NCBI GenBank assembly: GCA_963772815.1
Contig: CAVYYV010000009.1
Coordinates: forward strand, 23,183-87,182
DNA length: 64,000 nt
Reading direction: 5' to 3'
DNA from: an uncultured Acidimicrobiia bacterium
GTDB lineage: Bacteria > Actinomycetota > Acidimicrobiia > Spongiisociales > ZC4RG35
Shown here: in pieces, positions 30,238 to 39,914 of the stretch
Layout of the letters: the number at the start of each line of letters is the position of its first letter
Numbering within the stretch: the first letter of the stretch is position 1
Position numbers and translations under genes: made by a program
Notes under the pieces: model-generated
What the model saw: only the letters and a program-made list of their open reading frames with translations
Told to the model about the DNA's origin: nothing
Databases searched by the model: none

Positions 30238-31125
30238 ATGATCAATCCCGCCGATCTCATTCCCCGTCAGACATACACCGTCGTCGGTAGGTCGATCTCC
30301 GTGGCGACCGCCGGCGAGGGTCGTCCCGTGGTGTTCATCCACGGCAACGTCACGTACTCCTATACGTGGCGCAACATCATTCATCATCTGGCCCGGCGCT
30401 ACCGCTGCTTGGCTCCCGACCTGATCGGCATGGGGCGATCCGAGCTGATCTTCCCTTCCGGCTCGTCGAGCTACTCCTTCGCCGACCACGTCAACTACCT
30501 GGAGCTCCTCCTGGAGCGGGCCGACCTCGATGAGCCCTTCGTGCTGATCGGGCACGAGCTGGGCGCGGCTTTGGCGATCCAGTACGCCATCGCCCACAGA
30601 GAGTCGGTGGCGGCCGTCGGAATCGTGGAAGGGGTGTTCCGGGTCACGAATGACGAAACGATGGACGAGAAGATGCGCGATTTGCTGCTCGACGTGCGGC
30701 GTGATCCCACCGAGGATCTGGTGCTCCGCTACAACGTCCTCATCGAGGACTACCTGCCCGGGCTGGTTGTACGACCGCTCCACAACGAGGAGATGGATGC
30801 ATATCGCTCGCCCTACCTGAAGCTCGGTGAAGCCCGCAGGGCGATGTTGTCCATGGCCAGGTGCCTTCCCATCAGCTCCGACCCGGGGCCAATCGACGAC
30901 CTGGCCGAGCAGCTCCGACTGTGGTGTGCCCAGTCCAATATCCCCAAGCTCGTGGTAGGCGGAAAGCCGGGTCATCTGGTCCCACCGGCGGTGCTGGCGA
31001 CCACAGCGAAGTGGCGCAACACCAGCACCGCGGCCATCAACGGGGCCCATTTCCTGATGGAGGACTCTCCGGCCCGTCTCACCAATGTCATCGCAGACTG
31101 GCTCGAAGACCTGGCCTACATGTGA
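30238..31125 (+). CDS. Alpha/beta hydrolase, haloalkane dehalogenase-like with an altered nucleophile motif
   Basis: HGNVTYSYTWRNII, APDLIGMGRS, GHELG and GAHFLMEDSP. Start is ATG 30238 or 30202. Confidence 0.8.
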   Translation: MINPADLIPRQTYTVVGRSISVATAGEGRPVVFIHGNVTYSYTWRNIIHHLARRYRCLAPDLIGMGRSELIFPSGSSSYSFADHVNYLELLLERADLDEPFVLIGHELGAALAIQYAIAHRESVAAVGIVEGVFRVTNDETMDEKMRDLLLDVRRDPTEDLVLRYNVLIEDYLPGLVVRPLHNEEMDAYRSPYLKLGEARRAMLSMARCLPISSDPGPIDDLAEQLRLWCAQSNIPKLVVGGKPGHLVPPAVLATTAKWRNTSTAAINGAHFLMEDSPARLTNVIADWLEDLAYM

Positions 31126-31131
31126 GCGGGT

Positions 31132-31350
31132 CTAGCCGCGCTGCTGTGTCACGGGCCGAAAACCGCGGTTGGCCGCCTCAGCGGCCGAATCGGGCCCAAA
31201 GCTCTGGATCAGATTCCTGGCCACGAGATCCTTCGCCTCGACCCTCCCTTCCAGGCTGTGGAGCTGGTCCGGATCATCGCAGTCATACACCCGCATCGTG
31301 TCCCGCGTCCCCAAGAACCGGAAGTCCTCGAATCGCTTGAGACGGCCCAC
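31132..31350 (-). CDS. Small hypothetical protein (72 aa)
   Basis: Protein-like composition. Its start overlaps the stop of the upstream zinc-ribbon gene. Confidence 0.65.
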   Translation of the reverse strand: MGRLKRFEDFRFLGTRDTMRVYDCDDPDQLHSLEGRVEAKDLVARNLIQSFGPDSAAEAANRGFRPVTQQRG

Positions 31351-31685
31351 TAATCACCCTCCATCGACCCTCGGCCGGTTTCCACCTCGGCCGAGCACAT
31401 GGGGCACACCGCCACGGCTATGTCGCCCACGATGAACGAGTACCCGCACTCGGGGCATTCGATCTTGGGCGAAGGCGTGTCGGGGGGCGGAGGTGGCGGG
31501 GGAGTAGCCAGGCCATCCTCGGGCCCGCCCGTCGGGGGCATCGACCCGGGAGGTGGCGCCCCTCCGGGCCCGGCCGCGCCGGGACGGGGACGCACCATGT
31601 TCACCGACCCGCACACGGGACAGGAGAACCGTCCCTCACCAGGGACGTCGAACTGGGTTCGGCAGGCGCCGCATCGAACGATCAC
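31350..31685 (-). CDS. Double zinc-ribbon protein with a Pro-rich linker
   Basis: Four CxxC pairs: CGAC, CPVC, CPEC and CPMC. Confidence 0.75.
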   Translation of the reverse strand: MIVRCGACRTQFDVPGEGRFSCPVCGSVNMVRPRPGAAGPGGAPPPGSMPPTGGPEDGLATPPPPPPPDTPSPKIECPECGYSFIVGDIAVAVCPMCSAEVETGRGSMEGD

Positions 31686-31744
31686 ACCTGATCGCCTCCT
31701 CTTTCGGTCTCGATTGTCTTGGAAGTGTCAATCATCGGGTCAAC

Positions 31745-32194
31745 TCATCCGACTGGCTCGTCGCCGGGCTCAACCGGCTCACCCACCGCCCCGATCGACA
31801 GCAGGTAGTCGGCTTCGCCCCGCAGCACGGCGGCCACGTCGTCTCGATCGTAGGTGACGCCGTTCACGCGGGCGATCTGGCCGGTCACGTAGTCGATGGA
31901 TGCATCCGATCCCCCGGCCACCGTCTCCACCGGGTTGCGGCGATCGTCCTGGGCCAGTCCCTGGAGGTAATGGACCTCCCATTCGATGATCCGAAGCACG
32001 CCCGACCGGTGCAATCTCTCGGCTACGTCCGGCTCCAATCGGGCCAGGATGAAGCGGACCGCGTCCGAGATCACATAGGTGGGCTCGGCATTCTGGGGCC
32101 GCCTCTTGGCTTCCTGCCACACCATCGCCCCGACGACGATCAGCAGAGCGGCGGCCAGCAACGCCACCAGCGCCACCACGCTGGTCCCGCTCAT
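31745..32194 (-). CDS. N-terminally membrane-anchored hypothetical protein
   Basis: ATG at 32194 overlaps the acyl-CoA dehydrogenase stop (ATGA). One TM helix precedes a soluble domain ending YLLSIGAVG. Confidence 0.7.
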   Translation of the reverse strand: MSGTSVVALVALLAAALLIVVGAMVWQEAKRRPQNAEPTYVISDAVRFILARLEPDVAERLHRSGVLRIIEWEVHYLQGLAQDDRRNPVETVAGGSDASIDYVTGQIARVNGVTYDRDDVAAVLRGEADYLLSIGAVGEPVEPGDEPVG

Positions 32195-33306
32195 GTGATC
32201 CCGAGGCCGCCGGCCAGACGTCGGCGATGCTCGGCGGGGCCGCCGAACATGAGCTCGGAGCTCTTCGCCCGCTTCAAGTACAGGTGGGCGTCGTGTTCCC
32301 ACGTGAAGCCGATGCCACCATGGATCTGGATCGTGTCCGCGGCACAGCGGAAATATGCCTCCGAGCAGAACGACTTGGCCAAGGGAGCGGCGATGGCTAC
32401 CTCCTCGGGATCAGCGCCGATGACGCCCGCCAGGTGGTAGGCGGCCGACTTGGCAGACTCGACCGCCACCAACATGTCGGCGCACATGTGCTTGATGGCC
32501 TGGAACGACCCGATCGGACGGCCGAACTGGTACCGGCTCTTGGCATAAGCGACCGACATGTCGAGACATGCCTGTGCACCGCCAACCTGCTCCATCGACA
32601 AAAAGGCCACGGCCCGATAGGCGGCGTCATCGAGCGCCGCCGCCACGTCGCTCGATCCGTCGCCCAGCCTGGTGGCCGGCGCCGAGTCGAAACGCACGAT
32701 CGCTTGGGGGCGGGTCAGATCCATCACGTCCAAACGATCGACACCGACTCCCGAGGTCCCCGGCTCAACCAAGAAGACCTCTCGCCCGGCGGGCGTCTCG
32801 GCCACGACCAGCAAACGATCGGCGGTGGCTCCGTTGATCACATACGACTTGACCCCGGTGAGGCTCCAGGCTGCGTTTCCCCCCGCCTCGGTCGGTGAAG
32901 CCACAGCCGAGGCGCCGGGCTCGGCGTCCACCAGGGCCACCGATGCGGTCATCGAGCCGTCGGCGATGGCGGCCAGCAGCTCGCTCTGTTGCTCCTCGGT
33001 GCCCAGGGCGGCGATCAGTGGAGCGGCCATGACAACGGTGGGAAGGAAGGGTGACGGGTACAGAGTGCGGCCCATCTCCTCTCCCATGACCGCCAATTCG
33101 CCGAACCCGTATCCGGCCCCTCCTCGCTCGGTGGAGATGGCCATCCCCAGCCAGCCGAGATCACCCAGTTCCTTCCACGGGCCGGCGTCGTAGCCGGGCT
33201 CCGACTCCATGATCCGGCGCACCTCGTCGAGCGGGGCACGCTCGTCCAGCCATTGCCGGACGTATCGGCGTAGCTCCTCTTGATCGTCGGTGAACGAAAC
33301 GCTCAT
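32191..33306 (-). CDS. Acyl-CoA dehydrogenase family protein
   Basis: RYQFGRPIGSFQAIKH and IQIHGGIGFTWEH motifs. Confidence 0.9.
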   Translation of the reverse strand: MSVSFTDDQEELRRYVRQWLDERAPLDEVRRIMESEPGYDAGPWKELGDLGWLGMAISTERGGAGYGFGELAVMGEEMGRTLYPSPFLPTVVMAAPLIAALGTEEQQSELLAAIADGSMTASVALVDAEPGASAVASPTEAGGNAAWSLTGVKSYVINGATADRLLVVAETPAGREVFLVEPGTSGVGVDRLDVMDLTRPQAIVRFDSAPATRLGDGSSDVAAALDDAAYRAVAFLSMEQVGGAQACLDMSVAYAKSRYQFGRPIGSFQAIKHMCADMLVAVESAKSAAYHLAGVIGADPEEVAIAAPLAKSFCSEAYFRCAADTIQIHGGIGFTWEHDAHLYLKRAKSSELMFGGPAEHRRRLAGGLGIT

Positions 33307-33494
33307 GACCGCGACGGTACCTGCCCTGTACCCGGACCACCATTCACTCCACCACCCCCGAGAGGCGAACCCGGCCGGCCACCGGCGAATGCCCCTGTCG
33401 TTCTTCGGGCCGTCGCCGTCGCCATCCCCTCCTCACCGTCCGAGGAATCAGTGGAGCGCCCCTCCTGACCCAAAGAGGCCCGGGTGGCCCCTGC

Positions 33495-35279
33495 TCAGAA
33501 GGCCTCCTCGGAGAGCTCCATCAAGGAGCCATCCTCCTCGGCCGTGGCCCGGCGGCGGGCGGCCACTCCCGGGGCGATGTCGCGCACGAAGAACCGGGCA
33601 ATTGCCACCTTCCCCTCGTGGAAGGGCGAATCGTCTGCCTCGGGAAGGGCGACTTCGGCTTGCCGCAGCAGCTGCCAAGCGATGACTGCCTCCGCCATCG
33701 ACTCCAACAAGGCGTTGGCATGCAGGCCCACCTCATAGATCCGGGTGGGCTCTCCACCCATCGCCGCCATCAGATCCTCGACCATGAGTCCGAGATGTGC
33801 CTGGACATCGTCCATCACCTCACCCAGCAGAATCCGCTCTTCGGCCAGAGCATCGCCTTCCGCCCCATCCTTGACGAACTCGGCGATGTCGGCGGCCACC
33901 GCCGACAGGGTCGATCCCCGGTCACGGGCAACCTTGCGGAAGAACAGGTCCATGGCCTGGATACCCGTGGTGCCCTCGTACAAGGTGTCGATCTTGGCGT
34001 CCCGGATGTATTGCTCCATCGGGTAGTCCTGCAGGAACCCCGATCCTCCCAAGACCTGAAGGGACATGGCCAGCAGCTCGTACGCCTTCTCGGACGAGTA
34101 GCCCTTGACCAGGGGCAGCAGAAGGTCGACTCTCCTGTCCCAGTCCGCCTCCGGTTCCAGCAGAGCCATGTCCTGGCACCAGGCGGCGTACATCCACAGG
34201 GCCCGCAGACCCTCGGCGTAGGCCTTCTGGGTCATGAGCATGCGACGGACGTCGGGATGGCGAATGATCCTCACCCGAGGAGCCGTCTTTTCCGTCATCT
34301 GGGTCATGTCGGGCCCTTGTATCCGCTCCTTGGCGTAGTCCAGAGCGTTCAGGTAGCCGGTCGACAGCGTGGCGGCCGACTTGGTGCCGATCGTCATACG
34401 GGCGTGCTCGATGACCCGGAACATCTGGCGGATTCCGTCGTGGACGCCGCCGAGGAGATAGCCGATCGCGGGTCGATCCATGCCGAAGGTGAGCTCACAC
34501 GTGGCCGATCCCTTGAGGCCCATCTTCTTCTCCACCCCTGTGGCAAGGACACCGTTGCGCTCCCCCAGAGTTCCGTCCTCGTTGATCAGGTACTTGGGGA
34601 CGATGAACAGGGACAGGCCCTTGGTACCGGGGCCGGCGCCCTCCGGACGGGCCAGGACGAGATGCACGATGTTTTCGGTGGCGTCGTGCTCGCCGCTGGT
34701 GATGAAGCGCTTGACCCCTTCCAGGTGATACGTGAGACCCTCGACGTGGATGGCTCTGGTCGTGCCGGCCCCGACGTCCGAGCCGGCGTCCGGCTCGGTC
34801 AAGACCATCGTGCCGCCCCAGTTCCTCTCCACCATCATCCGGGCCAGCTCGCCCTGCTCGGGCGTCCCCTCCTCATGAACCACACGGGCGAACAGGGCCC
34901 CGCCCCCGTAGAAGACCGCAGTCGGGTTGGCGCCCAGCAGCAACTCCTGCGTGGCCCAGAACACGGTTGGTGGCACCTCGAATCCCCCCAAGTCCTCCGG
35001 AGCCCCGAGCTTGGTCCAACCGGCTTCATGGCCCTTTTGCAGGCTCTCCTTCAGGCCCCCGGGCAGCCGCACCTCTCCATCCTCGAGCACCAGAGGCGTG
35101 CGATCGGCCTCGACGAAGGAAGAGGCCCAATCCTCTGTGGCGAAGCGATCCACCTCGCGCAGGAGATCCATGACGGTGGCCCGATCCATGCCGGCCCACC
35201 GATCGAGATGCCGATCAATGCGATGAACCTCGAAGAGGTTGAATTCGAGGTCGGCCAAATTGGACCGGTAATGGGTCAT
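33495..35279 (-). CDS. Acyl-CoA dehydrogenase (FadE5-like long form)
   Basis: MVLTEPDAGSDVG, GVKRFITSGE, KMGLKGSATC and LYEGTTGIQ. ATG 35279 has a GGGAGGA RBS. Confidence 0.92.
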   Translation of the reverse strand: MTHYRSNLADLEFNLFEVHRIDRHLDRWAGMDRATVMDLLREVDRFATEDWASSFVEADRTPLVLEDGEVRLPGGLKESLQKGHEAGWTKLGAPEDLGGFEVPPTVFWATQELLLGANPTAVFYGGGALFARVVHEEGTPEQGELARMMVERNWGGTMVLTEPDAGSDVGAGTTRAIHVEGLTYHLEGVKRFITSGEHDATENIVHLVLARPEGAGPGTKGLSLFIVPKYLINEDGTLGERNGVLATGVEKKMGLKGSATCELTFGMDRPAIGYLLGGVHDGIRQMFRVIEHARMTIGTKSAATLSTGYLNALDYAKERIQGPDMTQMTEKTAPRVRIIRHPDVRRMLMTQKAYAEGLRALWMYAAWCQDMALLEPEADWDRRVDLLLPLVKGYSSEKAYELLAMSLQVLGGSGFLQDYPMEQYIRDAKIDTLYEGTTGIQAMDLFFRKVARDRGSTLSAVAADIAEFVKDGAEGDALAEERILLGEVMDDVQAHLGLMVEDLMAAMGGEPTRIYEVGLHANALLESMAEAVIAWQLLRQAEVALPEADDSPFHEGKVAIARFFVRDIAPGVAARRRATAEEDGSLMELSEEAF

Positions 35280-35305
35280 GATCGTCCTCCCTTGACGGCT
35301 GACTC

Positions 35306-35341
35306 TTTGAGTGACCATTCTAATTTGAGTCTACGCTCAAA
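35306..35341. promoter_or_regulatory. Putative TetR operator pair
   Basis: Perfect TTTGAG-N6-CTCAAA at 35324-35341 and a degenerate TTTGAG-N6-TTCTAA at 35306-35323, between the divergent fadE and tetR genes. Confidence 0.6.
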
Positions 35342-35429
35342 GAAAGATGTCACCGTGAGGATTCCCCACGAGACCGTCGGAGTCGGCCCGGCCGCTCTGG
35401 TTCCACGACCGTGGCTACCGTGACTGATC

Positions 35430-35975
35430 ATGCGTTATCGAGTGGGCCTGGAAACCCGTGACCGAATTCTCGAGGCGACCCGCTCGTTGGTGGGCGAGTT
35501 CGGGCTGGAGGGCACGACGATCAAGGCGATCTGCGAGCGCGCCGGGATTCTGGCCGGGAGCTTCTACAACCTCTTTGAATCCAAAGAGGAGGCGATCCTC
35601 TCGGTGGTGCGCGATGCCATACAGATGGTGGAACCCGATCCCGAAGGCCCTGCCGATATCACGTCGCTGGTGGACGCCTACGTGCGTTTCGTCGAAGAGC
35701 AGGAGCCGGTGGCCCGGGTATACCTTGAAGTGGCCATGGCCCGGGGCTTGCGGGAAGAGAAGCTCCGGATCCGGGTGATGCGCCATCACGAGCGCCGTGT
35801 GGCGCTCTTCGCCTCGGCCCTCGCCCAGGCCGGAGTAGATGAGCCGGCGCAGATGGCCGAGTTGATGGTCGCCGCGCTCAACGGCCTGGCTTTCCATCGG
35901 CTGCTGGACGACTCGTTCGACCTGGCGGGCCAGGCCCACCGCCTCCTCACGCTGCGACCCCTGCCGGTCAGGTAG
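35430..35975 (+). CDS. TetR/AcrR family transcriptional regulator
   Basis: N-terminal HTH RILEATRSL...TTIKAICERAGILAGSFYNLFESKE. Confidence 0.9.
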   Translation: MRYRVGLETRDRILEATRSLVGEFGLEGTTIKAICERAGILAGSFYNLFESKEEAILSVVRDAIQMVEPDPEGPADITSLVDAYVRFVEEQEPVARVYLEVAMARGLREEKLRIRVMRHHERRVALFASALAQAGVDEPAQMAELMVAALNGLAFHRLLDDSFDLAGQAHRLLTLRPLPVR

Positions 35976-36022
35976 ACGCCACGAGCACCCGATTGTGCGA
36001 GCTCCACGGTTACGGTCGTGAA

Positions 36023-36628
36023 ATGATCGAAATCAACAAGCTCGCCGTCGGGCCCTACGACAACGACAGCTACGTCGTGTCGTGTGGGGACACCGGCTCG
36101 GCCGTCGTGATCGACGCCGCCTCCGAGGCCGAGCGGATCCTCGACGCTTGTCGGGACCTGCACGTGTCGTCGGTTCTGACCACTCACGGCCACCTGGACC
36201 ACATCGGCGCCCTCGACCCGGTCAAGGACTCCCTCGGCGTGCCCTGGCTGCTCCACTCCGAAGATGTCGAGATAGCCGGACGCAGCCCCGACCAAGCTCT
36301 GGTCGATGGGGCGGAGATCGCGTTCGGCCGCGTGGCACTGCACGTGATCCACACCCCCGGCCACACGCCGGGTTCCGTTTCTTTCGTCTTCGAGCCGGCG
36401 GACGAGTCAGAGGTGCACGTCCTGTTCAGCGGCGACACCCTTTTCCCGGGCGGACCGGGCGCCACCCGCTGGGACTACTCGGACTTCGGACAAATCATGG
36501 ACAGCCTGGAAATGCGCCTATTTCCCCGCCTGCCCGACGGGACCGTGGTGCATCCCGGCCATGGGAACGACACGACCATCGGCGCCGAGCGGCCCCACCT
36601 GGCGGAGTGGCGGGCAAGAGGATGGTGA
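36023..36628 (+). CDS. MBL-fold metallo-hydrolase (glyoxalase II-like)
   Basis: THGHLDH, HTPGHT, SGDTLF and HPGHG motifs. Confidence 0.9.
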   Translation: MIEINKLAVGPYDNDSYVVSCGDTGSAVVIDAASEAERILDACRDLHVSSVLTTHGHLDHIGALDPVKDSLGVPWLLHSEDVEIAGRSPDQALVDGAEIAFGRVALHVIHTPGHTPGSVSFVFEPADESEVHVLFSGDTLFPGGPGATRWDYSDFGQIMDSLEMRLFPRLPDGTVVHPGHGNDTTIGAERPHLAEWRARGW

Positions 36629-36662
36629 TGGAGCAACCGCCCTTAGGGGAGAGGCCGTGACT

Positions 36663-37574
36663 ATGGAATTGGCCATCCAGGTGATGAAGGGATACTCCGA
36701 CACGCTGGAGTTGGCGCTTTGGGCAGAGGCCGAGGAATTGGCCGGCCTGGCGGTGGCGGATCACTACCTGTCCGGGGTGGGCGAGAACACCTATGCCCTC
36801 GATCAGCTCACCGTCCTGGCCGCGGTCGCCGCCCGAACCTCGGACCTGAAGCTCTCGACCCTTGTCAGCCCCATCACGTTCCGCCATCCGGCCGCGATGC
36901 TCAAGACGGCGGTCACCATCGATGAGATATCCAGTGGCCGCTTCAGTCTCGGAGTCGGCGCGGGGTGGATGCAGGAGGAGCACGATCGATTCGGCCTTGG
37001 CCTGCCGGCGGTCGGAGAGCGCCTCGATCGACTGGCCGAGGCGCTCGACTACCTGCGAACCGGGCTGGGGGGAGCCGAATCCGGATTCAAGGGCCATTAC
37101 TACTCGCTCGAGGCGGGTCACCGCCTGGAGCCGACCGGCCGGAACGTGCGACTGATCGTGGGCGGGGCCGGCGGCCACCGAACACCGGCCCTGGCCGGCG
37201 AGAAGGCAGACGAGTTCAACGTCTTCCCCGGACGCGAGCCATTCGGCCCCCGCATCGAGCGGGCCCTGGACGCGGCCGCCGCAGCCGGGCGCGATCCCGA
37301 GGAGCTCATGGTGTCCACTGCATTCCCGCTGGTCATAGCCGGACCAGGGGACCTCGAAAGACGGCTGGATGAAGTCGCGGCCTCGCGGGGCACGTCGGCC
37401 GACCATGTGCGCACACGATGGTCCGAGATGGGGATTCCCGTCGGCGCCCCGGGCGAATTCCGGGAGAGTTTGGAACGCCTCGAAGCCCTAGGGGTCCGGC
37501 GTGTGTACTTCCAGATGAGTTTCGACTCAGTCGACCAGATCAAGCGCTCGATCGCGCTGGTCCGCGACTCCTGA
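36663..37574 (+). CDS. LLM-class (probably F420-dependent) oxidoreductase
   Basis: ADHY, LVSPITFRHP and SSGRFSLGVGAGW motifs. Confidence 0.88.
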   Translation: MELAIQVMKGYSDTLELALWAEAEELAGLAVADHYLSGVGENTYALDQLTVLAAVAARTSDLKLSTLVSPITFRHPAAMLKTAVTIDEISSGRFSLGVGAGWMQEEHDRFGLGLPAVGERLDRLAEALDYLRTGLGGAESGFKGHYYSLEAGHRLEPTGRNVRLIVGGAGGHRTPALAGEKADEFNVFPGREPFGPRIERALDAAAAAGRDPEELMVSTAFPLVIAGPGDLERRLDEVAASRGTSADHVRTRWSEMGIPVGAPGEFRESLERLEALGVRRVYFQMSFDSVDQIKRSIALVRDS

Positions 37575-37598
37575 CCTGGCCCCGTTACGCTCGGCTGG

Positions 37599-38507
37599 AT
37601 GCAACTCGCAGCCATGACCGAGCCCCAGATAGGGGGCACCTACGAGCAACTCCTGGCGTTGGCGCGCTGGTCGGAAGCCAACGGTCTCGTGTCTTTCGCC
37701 CGCTCCGACCACTACTACTGGAGGGGCGATCCTGCACCCGACGCCACCGATGCTTTCGCCACGCTGGCGGGCATGGCCCGAGAGACAGACACCATCCGCC
37801 TGGCCGTCCTGGTGACACCGGTCACCTTTCGCCACCCGGCAGTGATCGCCAAGAACGCCGCCACCATCGACCAGATGTCGGGCGGTCGACTCGATCTGGG
37901 AGTGGGAACCGGGTGGATGGAGGCAGAGCACGAAGCTCTCGGGCTTCCCTTCCCGGACTGGTCTGAGCGATATGCCCGCCTGGAGGAGGCGCTGGGTTAC
38001 CTGGGTGCTGCCTTCTCCGACCACGCCGGCTACCAGGGCGACTACTACCGGCTGGACGCCGACGTTCGACCCAAGCCCGAGGGCATCCGCCTGATCGTGG
38101 GCGGCTCCGGCAAGCAGAGGACTCCCTCGCTGGCCGGCAGGCACGCCGACGAGTACAACCACTTCCTGGCTTCAGCGGCGGTGATCGCTCCCAAGATCGC
38201 CGTGATGAGGGAGGCCGCGGAAGGACGGGAGGTGACCGTTTCGGTGATGGGCGCTCCCTTGGTGGGTCGAACCGACGGCGAGTACCGAGAGCGTCTGAAG
38301 AGGGCCGCCGCCCGGCGCGATCTGAGTCCCGAGGCCATGGAGCAGAGGCTGGAAACCAACGGGGTCCCGTTCGGGACGCCCTCCCGGGCCGCCGAGGCGA
38401 TTGGTGCCCTGGAGGCGGCCGGGGTGGACAAGTGGTACGTGCAATGGCTCGATCCGGGCGATCTGGAAGGGTTCGCCGCCACGATCGAGGCTCTCAGGGC
38501 AGGCTGA
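37599..38507 (+). CDS. LLM-class (probably F420-dependent) oxidoreductase, paralogue of the upstream gene
   Basis: RSDHY, LVTPVTFRHP and SGGRLDLGVGTGW motifs. Confidence 0.88.
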   Translation: MQLAAMTEPQIGGTYEQLLALARWSEANGLVSFARSDHYYWRGDPAPDATDAFATLAGMARETDTIRLAVLVTPVTFRHPAVIAKNAATIDQMSGGRLDLGVGTGWMEAEHEALGLPFPDWSERYARLEEALGYLGAAFSDHAGYQGDYYRLDADVRPKPEGIRLIVGGSGKQRTPSLAGRHADEYNHFLASAAVIAPKIAVMREAAEGREVTVSVMGAPLVGRTDGEYRERLKRAAARRDLSPEAMEQRLETNGVPFGTPSRAAEAIGALEAAGVDKWYVQWLDPGDLEGFAATIEALRAG

Positions 38508-38970
38508 TCTCCACCCACTCCGGGCGGGCGATTCGATCCAGGTCGACCAGGCTGAGGCTAAACACCGTGTGCGGGGTGCCTGCTGCGGCCCACACCGGGT
38601 CGTTGCGCCTCAGCGCCTCGTCGGCGAACACACGCAGCTCGGTCACGTGCCCGAACGGCGGAGTGCCTCCGGCCGCGAACCCTGTGGCATCCCGAACCTC
38701 GTCCAAGGTCGCCCTCCTCACAACCCGGCCGGCAGCCGCCCCCGCCAGGCGATCCGTGTCCAACCGACGGTCTCCCGGGACCAGAGCCAATACCGGCTGG
38801 TCGTCGACCGCGAACACGAGTGACTTGACGATCGCGGCCACCTCACATCCAATCGCGGCAGCAGCATCCTGGGCAGTCTTGGTTCCTTGTGGAAACTCCC
38901 GCACCTCGATCTCGAGACCCGACTGAGCAGCGGCCTCCACCACCTTCTGCACGGAGCTCGAACCAGCCAT
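38494..38970 (-). CDS. YbaK/EbsC family aminoacyl-tRNA deacylase
   Basis: TKTAQDAA, IVKSLVF and TGFAAGGTPPFGH motifs. ATG at 38970. Confidence 0.88.
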   Translation of the reverse strand: MAGSSSVQKVVEAAAQSGLEIEVREFPQGTKTAQDAAAAIGCEVAAIVKSLVFAVDDQPVLALVPGDRRLDTDRLAGAAAGRVVRRATLDEVRDATGFAAGGTPPFGHVTELRVFADEALRRNDPVWAAAGTPHTVFSLSLVDLDRIARPEWVEISLP

Positions 38971-39136
38971 CGACCGGCCAGGGTAGACCGGTGCCCAGCC
39001 TGCATGGCACGGGGCGGACCCAGCGGATTTCTTGCGCGTCCCGCTCGATCCCGAGCCTGTCGTCCTCGGGGCGATCCACCCCATCTTCCTGGCGGTTTCG
39101 TGGTCCGGCGCCCGTGGCCATACCATTGGAAGCATC

Positions 39137-39901
39137 GTGAGTTCACCGCTGCTTCAGATCGAAAACCTGCATGCGTCTGCCGACGGTCATGAGATCCTCA
39201 AAGGCGTGGATCTGACCGTGGAGCGCGGCGAGATAGCCGCTTTGATGGGACCCAATGGCTCGGGCAAATCGACCCTTGCCAACGTCCTGATGGGCAGCCC
39301 ATCCTTCCAGGTGACGAAGGGTCGGGTCCTGCTCAAGGGCGAGGACATCACCCGGGCCTTGCCCACGGCCCGGGGCCAGAAAGGCATGTTTCTCGCCTTC
39401 CAGTATCCCGAAGAGATACCAGGCGTGTCCGTGATCCAATTTCTCCGCCAGGCGCTCTCGAACCGCACGGGCATCGACTACACGGTGCTGGAGCTCCGGC
39501 TCAAGGTGATGGAGACGATGAAAGAGCTGGGAATGGAATCCTCGTTCGCCGACCGATACCTGAACGAGGGTTTTTCGGGCGGAGAGCGCAAGCGCAACGA
39601 GGTGCTTCAGATGGCGGTGCTCGAGCCAGAGATGGTCATCATGGACGAGACCGACTCGGGCCTGGATATCGATGCCCTGCGCATCGTGGCCGATGGGGTC
39701 AACAAGCTGACCGGGCCCGAGCGAGGCTATCTGATCATCACCCACTACCAGCGCCTGCTCGACTACGTGACCCCCGACCGTGTCCACGTATTCATCGACG
39801 GTCACATCACAGCGACGGGCGGCGTGGAGCTCGCCGAGCGCCTGGAGGAGGAGGGTTACGACACCTTCCGTCAGACGGCGAGCCTGAGAGGGCATACCTA
39901 G
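39137..39901 (+). CDS. sufC: Fe-S cluster assembly ATPase SufC (copy 1)
   Basis: MGPNGSGKST, FQYPEEIPGV, NEGFSGGERKR, DETDSGLDIDAL and ITHYQR. Confidence 0.93.
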   Translation: MSSPLLQIENLHASADGHEILKGVDLTVERGEIAALMGPNGSGKSTLANVLMGSPSFQVTKGRVLLKGEDITRALPTARGQKGMFLAFQYPEEIPGVSVIQFLRQALSNRTGIDYTVLELRLKVMETMKELGMESSFADRYLNEGFSGGERKRNEVLQMAVLEPEMVIMDETDSGLDIDALRIVADGVNKLTGPERGYLIITHYQRLLDYVTPDRVHVFIDGHITATGGVELAERLEEEGYDTFRQTASLRGHT

Positions 39902-39914
39902 TGGCCGGGCGACG

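Noticed and set aside
33307-33494. Possible ncRNA between the two acyl-CoA dehydrogenases
   Set aside because: GC-rich spacer with no RNA family motif I could recognise. An Rfam/Infernal scan would be needed.
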